This document shows, in pieces, positions 57,380 to 64,000 of a stretch of DNA of 64,000 nt. The stretch comes from Candidatus Aenigmatarchaeota archaeon (GTDB lineage: Archaea; Aenigmatarchaeota; Aenigmatarchaeia; CG10238-14; SpSt-28), in assembly GCA_039000725.1 (NCBI GenBank), contig JAWBNO010000001.1, forward strand, positions 130,446 through 194,445, in the 5' to 3' direction. The notes under the pieces were generated by a model, which did not search any database, had not been told where the DNA came from, and worked only from the letters and a program-made list of their open reading frames with translations. The position numbers and the translations under genes were made by a program. How positions within the stretch are numbered: position 1 is the stretch's first letter; the number at the start of each line of letters is the position of its first letter.

Positions 57380-58417
57380 ATTTGATTTAAAATAAAAAAT
57401 TTCATTAACTTTTCCTTCAAGTTTTTTCTTTAAAAGCTGTATAGCAACTAAATTTTCAATTTTTTTACCAACATCTTTAGAAAATCTTGGCTCAATTTGA
57501 AAATATATATTATCAACCAAATAACTTTTTACTGGATATTTTGCTCTTTCTCTATATTTAAAAGAAAATCTTTTTATAGGGAAAACAAAAAGAGCCTCTT
57601 CCACATATTTTAAATAATTAGCTAGAGTTTTTTTACTAATTTTTAAACCTATTGATTTTAATTCATTTTCAATTTTTGATATTGAAACATAAGAGGAGGA
57701 ATTAGATATGCAATATCTAACAAAATAATCCATAAGTGCGACATTTTTAATTTTAAATCTTTCTATTATATCTTTGAAAAAAATTGCATCGAAATAAGTT
57801 TTTGCAATATCTAGCTTTTTATTTTTTTCTTCCTGCAAAATAATTTCCGGATATCCGCCAAAATCTATATATTCTTTCAATAATCCTAAAATTTTTCCAA
57901 TTTTTGCTTCAGAAATTTCTTTTTCTATTTTAAATTCTTTAAAATCAAGAAATTCTTTAAAGCTAAATGGAAATAAAACGAAAGAAATACATCTTCCCCT
58001 CAGCTCTGTTGAAATTTCCCTACTTAAAAGTTTTGAAGAAGAGCCAGAAATTATTATTTTATATTTTTGAAAATTATGCAATGTTCTAACAAAAGAAGAC
58101 CAATTATCGAGCTCTTGAATTTCATCGAAAAAAAGAAATATGTTATCTTTAAATAGGTAATTTATTTCTTTCAAAAATTCAGAAATACTAACTTTTTTTA
58201 TTCTGGGGTCTGTAAAATCTAAGTAAACAATATTTTCCTTAGTGAAATTCTTTTCAAAAAGCTCTTTAATAAGCTGAAACATAAAATAAGTTTTTCCAGC
58301 TCTTCTTGGTCCTATAATTGAAACTATATGATTGTTCATCCAAATTTTTAGCTCTCTTTTAATTATTCTTCTTGGCAATTCTTTCTCTTTCCATTCTAAT
58401 AAGACTTCTCTTAACAT
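57137..58417 (-). CDS. COG1373-type AAA+ ATPase, array paralog 2
   Basis: 426 aa. Walker A GPRRAGKT, Walker B FFDEIQ, sensor SGSSS. The shared C-terminal module begins at SNDYEVDFLIK. Confidence 0.85.
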   Translation of the reverse strand: MLREVLLEWKEKELPRRIIKRELKIWMNNHIVSIIGPRRAGKTYFMFQLIKELFEKNFTKENIVYLDFTDPRIKKVSISEFLKEINYLFKDNIFLFFDEIQELDNWSSFVRTLHNFQKYKIIISGSSSKLLSREISTELRGRCISFVLFPFSFKEFLDFKEFKIEKEISEAKIGKILGLLKEYIDFGGYPEIILQEEKNKKLDIAKTYFDAIFFKDIIERFKIKNVALMDYFVRYCISNSSSYVSISKIENELKSIGLKISKKTLANYLKYVEEALFVFPIKRFSFKYRERAKYPVKSYLVDNIYFQIEPRFSKDVGKKIENLVAIQLLKKKLEGKVNEIFYFKSNDYEVDFLIKNGLEIKQLIQATYASSKDEIEKREIKALLKASEQLKCKNLLIITWDYEDELNVQNKKIKCLPLWKWLIERQ

Positions 58418-58428
58418 AAAAGAAATAT

Positions 58429-58459
58429 AGGAAACAAAAAATATATATTTTTGTTTCCT
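58429..58459. promoter_or_regulatory. Inverted repeat aggaaacaaaaa-N7-tttttgtttcct upstream of array paralog 2
   Basis: 12-bp arms with the spacer atatata. The centre lies about 27 nt upstream of the ATG at 58417. Confidence 0.55.
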
Positions 58460-58469
58460 CTAGAAACTA

Positions 58470-58742
58470 CTATAAACTTAGAGTATTTCCTAGCAACCAT
58501 TTCCATAAAGGAATGCATTTAATACTTTTATTTTCAATTTTCAATTCATCTTCATAATCCCAAGTTATTATAAGCAAGTTTTTACACTTTAGTCCTTCAC
58601 TAGCTTTTAGTAAAGCTTTAATTTCTCTTTTTTCAATTTCATCTTTGCTAGATGCATAAGTTACTTGAATTAATTGTTTAACATCTAAATTTTCCTTTAT
58701 AACAAAATCAACTTCATTTTGTTGATAATCTTTCCAATAGTA
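58470..58742 (-). repeat. Shared 3' module, copy 3 (long form plus 6-codon tail)
   Basis: Same anchors. The extreme 3' segment is nearly identical to copy 4. Confidence 0.85.
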
Positions 58743-59759
58743 AATTTCCCAATCACTAAACCAATAACTTTTTCTTCTTAACAACTCTATTGCAACCAAA
58801 TTTTCCATTAGCCTACCTGTATTCTCACTAGTTAAAAATCCGGCAACACCAATTAACCCATTATCAATACAATAAACTTTTTTTGGTGCAACAAATTTTT
58901 GTTTTAATTTAAAACTAAATCTCTCAAGCTTTATTATCAAATAAGCTTCCTCCAATGCACTAACCCAATTAGAAATAGTAAACAAATGTTTTACTGTAGA
59001 AATCTCTTTTAAGGATGAATAAGTGAACTCTTTTGAAAAATTACTAACCAAAAATCTTGCTATTTTTCTCAACTCTTCTTCTCTTTTAATTTTTTCTCTT
59101 TTAACAACATCTTTTTCTATAATATCTTCATAAATTGTTTTTAGTATTTTTTTCCCAAATTTCGGAAATTCTGGAAACCCGCTGTTAAATAAATAATCCT
59201 TAAGATGGTTAAAAATTTGTGCCCTTTCTAGTGTTGTATATGCCTCTAAGTTTAAGTTATTATACACCAAAAACTCTCTAAAGCTAAATGGAAATAAAGT
59301 AAAATCAATATGTCTTCCTGTTAAATGAGTTGCTAATTCGCCAGATAAAAGTTTTGAATTGCTCCCAGTAATTATAACTTTTTTTGTTCTCCTCAATCTA
59401 TTAGCAAAAAGTTCCCAACCTTCAATATTTTGAATCTCATCTAAAACTATGTTCTCTATATTTCCATAAAGCTCATAAAATACTTGTAAAACTTTGTTTA
59501 AATCATCAGCTTTTAATCCCTTCAGTCTCTCATCATCAAAATTTATATAACCAAATTTTTGATCTTTTAAAACTTGCCAAGAGAGAACAGACTTGCCACA
59601 TCTCCTAACACCCAATATTGCTAGAATATTTGGATATTTCAAAAACTTTTGTAATTCTCTTGTTAATTCTCTTTCTATTATTTTTTCTTTCTCAAATATT
59701 TTTTCTATATCTTTTTCTTGCTCTAAAACAACTTCTTTTATTATTTCTTTTGAAAACAT
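58470..59759 (-). CDS. COG1373-type AAA+ ATPase, array paralog 3
   Basis: 429 aa. Walker A GVRRCGKS, Walker B VLDEIQ, sensor TGSNS. Shared C-terminal module with a 6-residue tail extension (GNTLSL). Confidence 0.85.
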   Translation of the reverse strand: MFSKEIIKEVVLEQEKDIEKIFEKEKIIERELTRELQKFLKYPNILAILGVRRCGKSVLSWQVLKDQKFGYINFDDERLKGLKADDLNKVLQVFYELYGNIENIVLDEIQNIEGWELFANRLRRTKKVIITGSNSKLLSGELATHLTGRHIDFTLFPFSFREFLVYNNLNLEAYTTLERAQIFNHLKDYLFNSGFPEFPKFGKKILKTIYEDIIEKDVVKREKIKREEELRKIARFLVSNFSKEFTYSSLKEISTVKHLFTISNWVSALEEAYLIIKLERFSFKLKQKFVAPKKVYCIDNGLIGVAGFLTSENTGRLMENLVAIELLRRKSYWFSDWEIYYWKDYQQNEVDFVIKENLDVKQLIQVTYASSKDEIEKREIKALLKASEGLKCKNLLIITWDYEDELKIENKSIKCIPLWKWLLGNTLSL

Positions 59760-59771
59760 ATATAATTATAT

Positions 59772-59798
59772 TAGAAAGCTTTTTTAAAAAGCTTTCTA
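59772..59798. promoter_or_regulatory. Inverted repeat tagaaagcttttt-t-aaaaagctttcta upstream of array paralog 3
   Basis: 13-bp arms with a 1-nt spacer. The centre lies about 26 nt upstream of the ATG at 59759. Confidence 0.55.
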
Positions 59799-59813
59799 TT
59801 TATATTATTAAAC

Positions 59814-60050
59814 CTAAAACAATAACCATTTCCATAAAGGAATGCATTTAATACTTTTATTTTCAATTTCCAATTCATCTTCATAATCCCAAGTAATTAT
59901 AAGCAAGTTTTTGCACTTTAGTTCTTCACTAGCTTTTAACAAAGCTTTAATTTCCCTTTTTTCAATTTCATCTTTACTAGATGCATAAGTAACTTGAATT
60001 AATTGCTTTATTTCTAAACCTTCTTTTATAACAAAATCAACTTCATAATC
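59814..60050 (-). repeat. Shared 3' module, copy 4 (short form)
   Basis: Same anchors. By hand count, about 9 differences from copy 3 over the first ~185 nt after the aaccatttcc anchor. Confidence 0.85.
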
Positions 60051-61082
60051 ATTGCTGACTAGATAGTAGAATTCAAGCAATGGATTTTTATTCTGTTTTC
60101 TCTTTAATTCTAAAAACACACAATTTTCCATTAACTTTCCAAAATCTTGTGAAAACTTTACAACCTTTGTTAAACCGTTGTCTACAACATAAATTTTCTT
60201 TGGCCAAGATTCTCTAATATGCACCTTTACAGAATACCTATTAAGAAAGAAAAACACTAAGGTATCATTTAATTTATCTAAATAATCATAAACTGTATCT
60301 TTTGAAACTTTTAAATTAGAAGATTTAGTTTTATCGTAAATAGACTTAATTGATACTTCTTTTGAAAAATTTTGCAGAACAAAATTAAGTAAAAATTTTG
60401 AAAAACCTATGTTTCTTATTTCATGTCTCTCTATAAAATCTCTAAACAAAATTAAATCGTAATATTGCTTAATTATATTAATCTTAATTTGGTCATTCAA
60501 TATTACCTCGGGGAAACCACCAAATTCAATATATTCTCTTAAATTTCTTTTTATCTCAACCTCCTTTTCTTTAGACAAAAATTTTTCAATAGAAATTTTT
60601 TTAGCATCCAAAAACTCTCTGAAGCTAAACGGAAATAATACATAACTTAAAGTTCTACCTCTAAGTTTTGTTGAAATCTCTTTACTTAAAAGTTTGGAAG
60701 AAGAACCAGTAATAACTATTTTATAAAGTTTAAGATCATGAATTTCTCTTATTATAATCTCCCAGTTTTTAACATTATGTATTTCATCTAAAAGTAAATA
60801 CTGTGGTTTTATTCCATAAATTTCTTCAAACAATCTTATCATTTCTCTTATATCTCTAAAATTCGCTCCAATTAAACGAGAATCTTCAAAATTTAAATAT
60901 AAGCTATTTGGTTTTAAGTTTTTTATTTGAAAAAGATAATAGGTCTTACCGGCTCTTCTAGGACCTATAATTGAAATTATAAAATTTGTATCCAATGGTA
61001 TTTCTAGTTCTCTTTTTATTATTTGTGGTTGAAATTCTTCATATTCCTTAAAAAAATCTATTAAAGCTTCCCTATTTATCAT
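59814..61082 (-). CDS. COG1373-type AAA+ ATPase, array paralog 4
   Basis: 422 aa. Walker A GPRRAGKT, Walker B LLDEIH, sensor TGSSS. The shared C-terminal module begins at SNDYEVDFVIK. Confidence 0.85.
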   Translation of the reverse strand: MINREALIDFFKEYEEFQPQIIKRELEIPLDTNFIISIIGPRRAGKTYYLFQIKNLKPNSLYLNFEDSRLIGANFRDIREMIRLFEEIYGIKPQYLLLDEIHNVKNWEIIIREIHDLKLYKIVITGSSSKLLSKEISTKLRGRTLSYVLFPFSFREFLDAKKISIEKFLSKEKEVEIKRNLREYIEFGGFPEVILNDQIKINIIKQYYDLILFRDFIERHEIRNIGFSKFLLNFVLQNFSKEVSIKSIYDKTKSSNLKVSKDTVYDYLDKLNDTLVFFFLNRYSVKVHIRESWPKKIYVVDNGLTKVVKFSQDFGKLMENCVFLELKRKQNKNPLLEFYYLVSNDYEVDFVIKEGLEIKQLIQVTYASSKDEIEKREIKALLKASEELKCKNLLIITWDYEDELEIENKSIKCIPLWKWLLF

Positions 61083-61098
61083 AATATAGTATATTAGG

Positions 61099-61142
61099 AA
61101 GGAAAATATATTTAAAAATTTTCCTTATAGCAAGGAAAATAT
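61099..61142. promoter_or_regulatory. aaggaaaat motif in triplicate upstream of array paralog 4: inverted pair 61099-61107 / 61118-61126 plus direct copy 61132-61140
   Basis: 9-bp arms with the spacer atatttaaaa. A third direct copy (aaggaaaatat) lies 25 nt further upstream. Confidence 0.5.
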
Positions 61143-61159
61143 TATTCCAGTTAAGATAA

Positions 61160-61417
61160 CTACTCTAATAACCATTTCCACAACGGAATAAACTTAATTT
61201 TTTTATTTTCAATTTCCAATTCATCTTCATAATCCCAAGTTATTATTAACAAATTTTTACATTTTAATAGCTCACTAGCTTTTATTAACGCTTTTATTTC
61301 CCTTTTTTCAATCTCATCTTTGCTAGAAGCATAAGTAACTTGAATTAATTGTTTAACATCTAAACCTTCTTTTATAACAAAATCAACTTCATTTTGTTGA
61401 TAATCTTTCCAATAGTA
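61160..61417 (-). repeat. Shared 3' module, copy 5 (long form)
   Basis: Same anchors. The extreme 3' segment ccacaacggaataaacttaatttttttattttcaatt is shared with copy 1. Confidence 0.85.
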
Positions 61418-62416
61418 AATCTCTTGAAGAGGGGTAGAATTTGTTTTTCTTAATAATTCAAGAAAGACTATGTTTTCCATCAACTTTCCGACATCTTTAG
61501 AAAATCTTACTAAAACTGAAATTCCTGTATCTACAACATATACTTTTTTTGGCCAGCTTCTTCTAATATAAATGCTTTTTGAAAATCTGTCAACAAAAAA
61601 GACATTTAATGTATCTTGCAACTTATCAATATAATCATAAAGAGTTTTATTAGTAAAGTTAACCCTTTCTCTTATAGTCTTTCCTATTTTATTTATACTA
61701 ATTTCTTTTCCAAAATTTTGAAAAACAAATTCAAATAAAAATCTTCCCAACTCAAAACTCTTTATTTTATGTCTTTCAACAAAATCTGAAAGAAAAATTT
61801 CATCAAAATATCTTTTTAATAATTTTTCTTTTTCATCACTAAAAACAACTTCTGGATATCCACCCTCTTTTAAGTATCTATCCAAGAATTTCAACAAACT
61901 TCCCTTTTCTTCAAAAGTATAGTTTTGCTTAATTTCAAAATTATTGGCAACCAAAAACTCTCTAAAACTAAATGGTAATAATAAATAGTTTATTGTCCTT
62001 CCTCTTAATTGAGTCGCTATTTCTTTTGGCAATAATTTAGAAGAAGATCCAGTAATGAAAACCTTATACTCTCTATCTATTAAAGTTCTCACTAAACTTT
62101 CCCAACCTTCAACAATTTGAATTTCATCGAGAAGAATAGTTTTTGGAGAAAAACCTTTAACCTCAACAAAAATTTTTAGTATTTCAAAAAAATCCTCTGC
62201 TCTAACATTTCTAAAAGCTAGATCTTCAAAATTTATGTAAAGGGAATCTTTGTATAAAGTGTTTAAAAGATAAAGCATGTACCATGTTTTTCCGGCCCTT
62301 CTCGGTCCTAAAATAGAAATTGCCTTATCTTTAACATCTTTTATTTCCAATTCTCTTTTAATTCCTTTAAACTTCTTTTCTCTTATGAAATAATCTTTTA
62401 TCAGTTCTTTATTCAT
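61160..62416 (-). CDS. COG1373-type AAA+ ATPase, array paralog 5
   Basis: 418 aa. Walker A GPRRAGKT, Walker B LLDEIQ, sensor TGSSS. The shared C-terminal module begins at YYWKDYQQNEVDF. Confidence 0.85.
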   Translation of the reverse strand: MNKELIKDYFIREKKFKGIKRELEIKDVKDKAISILGPRRAGKTWYMLYLLNTLYKDSLYINFEDLAFRNVRAEDFFEILKIFVEVKGFSPKTILLDEIQIVEGWESLVRTLIDREYKVFITGSSSKLLPKEIATQLRGRTINYLLLPFSFREFLVANNFEIKQNYTFEEKGSLLKFLDRYLKEGGYPEVVFSDEKEKLLKRYFDEIFLSDFVERHKIKSFELGRFLFEFVFQNFGKEISINKIGKTIRERVNFTNKTLYDYIDKLQDTLNVFFVDRFSKSIYIRRSWPKKVYVVDTGISVLVRFSKDVGKLMENIVFLELLRKTNSTPLQEIYYWKDYQQNEVDFVIKEGLDVKQLIQVTYASSKDEIEKREIKALIKASELLKCKNLLIITWDYEDELEIENKKIKFIPLWKWLLE

Positions 62417-62420
62417 AATA

Positions 62421-62446
62421 ATATAAATTCTATTAAAAATTTATAT
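62421..62446. promoter_or_regulatory. Weak A/T-only inverted repeat atataaat-N10-atttatat upstream of array paralog 5
   Basis: 8-bp arms made only of A/T, so this could be chance in this genome. Listed for completeness. Confidence 0.25.
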
Positions 62447-62476
62447 CCTTGAAATACAAATTTTCATAACAAAATA

Positions 62477-62737
62477 TTACCTTTCTAACAACCATTTCCA
62501 TAATGGTATGCATTTAATTGTTTTTTCATTAACTTTTAACTCATCTTCATAGTCCCATGTAATTATTTGCAAGTTTTTACATTTTAATAGCTCGCTAGCT
62601 TTTATTAACGCTTTTATTTCTCTTTTATCAATTTCATCCTTGCTTGAAACATAAGTTACTTGGATTAGTTGTTTAATATTTAATCCTTGTTTTATTACAA
62701 AATCGACCTCATTTTGCTGATAATCTTTCCAATAATA
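62477..62737 (-). repeat. Shared 3' module, copy 6 (long form, most diverged)
   Basis: Same anchors but with more substitutions (for example catagtcccatgtaattatttgc). Confidence 0.8.
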
Positions 62738-63736
62738 AACTTCTTTATAACCCTTTCTCAATAACTCTATAGCAACCAAGTTTTCAATTAATCTACCAAT
62801 ATTTTCAGAAAATTTAAAACTGGTAAAATTCGGGAAAGATAAATCCATTGAATAAACTTTCTTCTTAGATTTAATTTGATTTTTAATACTAAAAGAAAAT
62901 GCATCTAAATGAAAAATTAAATAAGCTTCTTTGAGATATTCGAAATAATTTTGAACAGTATGGACGCTTCTAAAATTAAGAATTTCATTTATTTTATTAA
63001 AACTTTGTAGAGTTGAAATATTAGAAATTAAATATCTTGCCAGCTCATAAATTTTTGATGAAAATCTTAAATTATATCTCTTAACGATGTCTTTAAATAT
63101 AATGCTATCGAAAAGCATTCTAACATAATTCTCCGGCCTATACTTTTCTATTACAACTTCTGGAAGCCCACCAATTTTTAAATATTCATTCAATAAATTT
63201 AGCAATTTTCCTCTTAATTCTTTTATTTCTAATTCTTCCTTTCTTATCTTAAAATCCTTTGCTTTTAAAAACTCTCTAAAGCTGAATGGAAAATTTTCTA
63301 TTTCAATATATCTTCCTGTTAAATGAGTTGCTAGTTCTTTGCTAAGTAATTTTGCATTAGAGCCAGTAATTATAATATTATAACCGCTTCTTTGCAATCT
63401 GTTTACAAAAAGTTCCCATTTTTCTAAATTTTGGATCTCATCAAAAAACAAAAAATTAACTTTTCCATATATTTCATGCAAATTTTTTAATATTTCATCA
63501 TAATCTTTAACCTCTACTAATCTCTCGTCATCAAAATTTACATAACCAAAGTTAAATTTTTTTATTAAATGAATTCCTAAAAATGATTTCCCACTTCTTC
63601 TTAATCCTATAATAACCTTTATTAATTTTGTATTGAGATATGGTATTATTTTCTCTATGTTTTCTCTTTCAATAAATTTTCCTTTAACAATTTCTTCAAC
63701 TTCAATTTTCTGTCTTAACAATACTTCTTTTATCAT
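62477..63736 (-). CDS. COG1373-type AAA+ ATPase, array paralog 6
   Basis: Walker A GLRRSGKS, Walker B FFDEIQ, sensor TGSNA, shared C-terminal module. Start placed at the ATG (MIKEVLL); the track's GTG start at 63751 adds 5 codons. Confidence 0.8.
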   Translation of the reverse strand: MIKEVLLRQKIEVEEIVKGKFIERENIEKIIPYLNTKLIKVIIGLRRSGKSFLGIHLIKKFNFGYVNFDDERLVEVKDYDEILKNLHEIYGKVNFLFFDEIQNLEKWELFVNRLQRSGYNIIITGSNAKLLSKELATHLTGRYIEIENFPFSFREFLKAKDFKIRKEELEIKELRGKLLNLLNEYLKIGGLPEVVIEKYRPENYVRMLFDSIIFKDIVKRYNLRFSSKIYELARYLISNISTLQSFNKINEILNFRSVHTVQNYFEYLKEAYLIFHLDAFSFSIKNQIKSKKKVYSMDLSFPNFTSFKFSENIGRLIENLVAIELLRKGYKEVYYWKDYQQNEVDFVIKQGLNIKQLIQVTYVSSKDEIDKREIKALIKASELLKCKNLQIITWDYEDELKVNEKTIKCIPLWKWLLER

Positions 63737-63743
63737 AAAATTA

Positions 63744-63775
63744 TACTGCACAAAAATTTATAAATTTATGCAGTA
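63744..63775. promoter_or_regulatory. Inverted repeat tactgca-N18-tgcagta upstream of array paralog 6
   Basis: 7-bp G/C-containing arms around the partly palindromic core caaaaatttataaattta. The centre lies about 23 nt upstream of the ATG at 63736. Confidence 0.5.
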
Positions 63776-63793
63776 CAACTTTTTAACTGAAAT

Positions 63794-63925
63794 TTAAAAT
63801 TTTAACAACCATTTCCATAAAGGGATACATTTAATCGTTTTATTATTAACTTTCAATTCATCTTCATAATCCCAAGTTATTACAAGCAAGTTTTTGCATT
63901 TTAGCTCTTCACTAGCTTTTAGTAA
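63794..63925 (-). repeat. Shared 3' module, copy 7 (solo, truncated)
   Basis: Matches the distal half of the module only. Confidence 0.75.
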
Positions 63926-63937
63926 ATAATTACCTTT
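63794..63937 (-). pseudogene. Truncated 3' remnant of a seventh COG1373-type ATPase paralog (C-terminal ~43 codons only)
   Basis: Hand translation gives (TGA)KGNYLLKASEELKCKNLLVITWDYEDELKVNNKTIKCIPLWKWLLKF*. Homology to the shared module runs about 63794-63925, then stops abruptly. There is no start codon and no ATPase part. Confidence 0.75.
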
Positions 63938-64000
63938 TCAACTTTAGTTTCAAAAAATTCTTTATGTGTTATTTCTCTAAAGACAGAATGTTCCAAATCA
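63919..64000 (-). CDS. 3' end of an unidentified gene running off the window (partial)
   Basis: The minus-strand frame is open from the window edge and reads ...DLEHSVFREITHKEFFETKVEKVIIY* with a TAA at 63919-63921. That stop lies inside the last few nt of the remnant block. Too short to identify. Confidence 0.35.
   Translation of the reverse strand, partial: DLEHSVFREITHKEFFETKVEKVIIY

Noticed and set aside
50253-59851. Track ORFs 50253-50456(+), 53647-53883(+), 59593-59787(+) and 59618-59851(+)
   Set aside because: They are antisense to the debranching enzyme, the GT2 synthase or array paralog 3. The last two also run through the spacer palindrome. No support as genes.
55791-63925. The regularly spaced ~250-nt repeats considered as a CRISPR-like or satellite array
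   Set aside because: The period is about 1.3 kb and the repeats lie inside long ORFs as their 3' coding ends. There are no short spacers and no cas genes. They are gene-family modules, not CRISPR repeats.
55791-63937. The array considered as a cluster of IS elements or transposons
   Set aside because: No transposase or integrase motifs (DDE, HUH, Tyr/Ser recombinase) were seen. There are no terminal inverted repeats flanking the units and no target-site duplications. The proteins are P-loop ATPases with wHTH domains.

Overview
AT-rich archaeal chromosome segment. It is densely packed, with many 4-nt ATGA start/stop overlaps and convergent 3' overlaps. Archaeal identity rests on the exosome/proteasome superoperon, the pfdA-ftsY-srp54 string, the L21e-RpoF-DUF655 string, Pus10/TrmY, Hef, Pth2 and intron-bearing tRNAs.

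Six strongly GC-rich islands stand out from the AT-rich background, and all are RNA genes: tRNA-Ser(CGA), tRNA-Asp(GUC), 5S rRNA, tRNA-Gln(UUG), tRNA-Ser(UGA) and tRNA-Ala(CGC). Three of the five tRNAs carry introns. This contrast, a SAM decarboxylase/BpsA-like polyamine pair and a cupin-type PGI suggest a thermophile, perhaps a small-genome lineage. That placement is inference only.

Most of the window is housekeeping, with an unusual concentration of glycogen and glycolysis genes:
- three glycogen-synthase-like glycosyltransferases, two GH57 enzymes and a GDE-type debranching enzyme
- PGM and an NDP-sugar pyrophosphorylase
- two PfkB kinases, class I FBA, TIM, PGK, PEP synthase and cPGI

The clearly non-ordinary part is the last ~8.2 kb (55791-63937). 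It is a head-to-tail minus-strand array of six full-length COG1373-type ATPase paralogs (AAA+ ATPase, wHTH, DUF4143-like C-terminal domain) plus one truncated 3' remnant.
- The N-terminal ~340 residues are strongly diverged, while the 3' ~240-270 nt are nearly identical at nucleotide level and mosaic between copies.
- Each gene is preceded by its own, different inverted repeat over a TATA-like core.

I regard this array as the best candidate for an undescribed system.

Other points worth a second look:
- a Hef gene split into separate helicase and nuclease ORFs
- a small archaeosortase-like protein with Ser where the catalytic Cys is expected
- a 670-bp gene-free tract next to tRNA-Ser
- a compositionally atypical glycosyltransferase subcluster
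- a processive-GT2/thioredoxin-like/GT-C envelope cluster

No CRISPR array, transposase or integrase was recognised.
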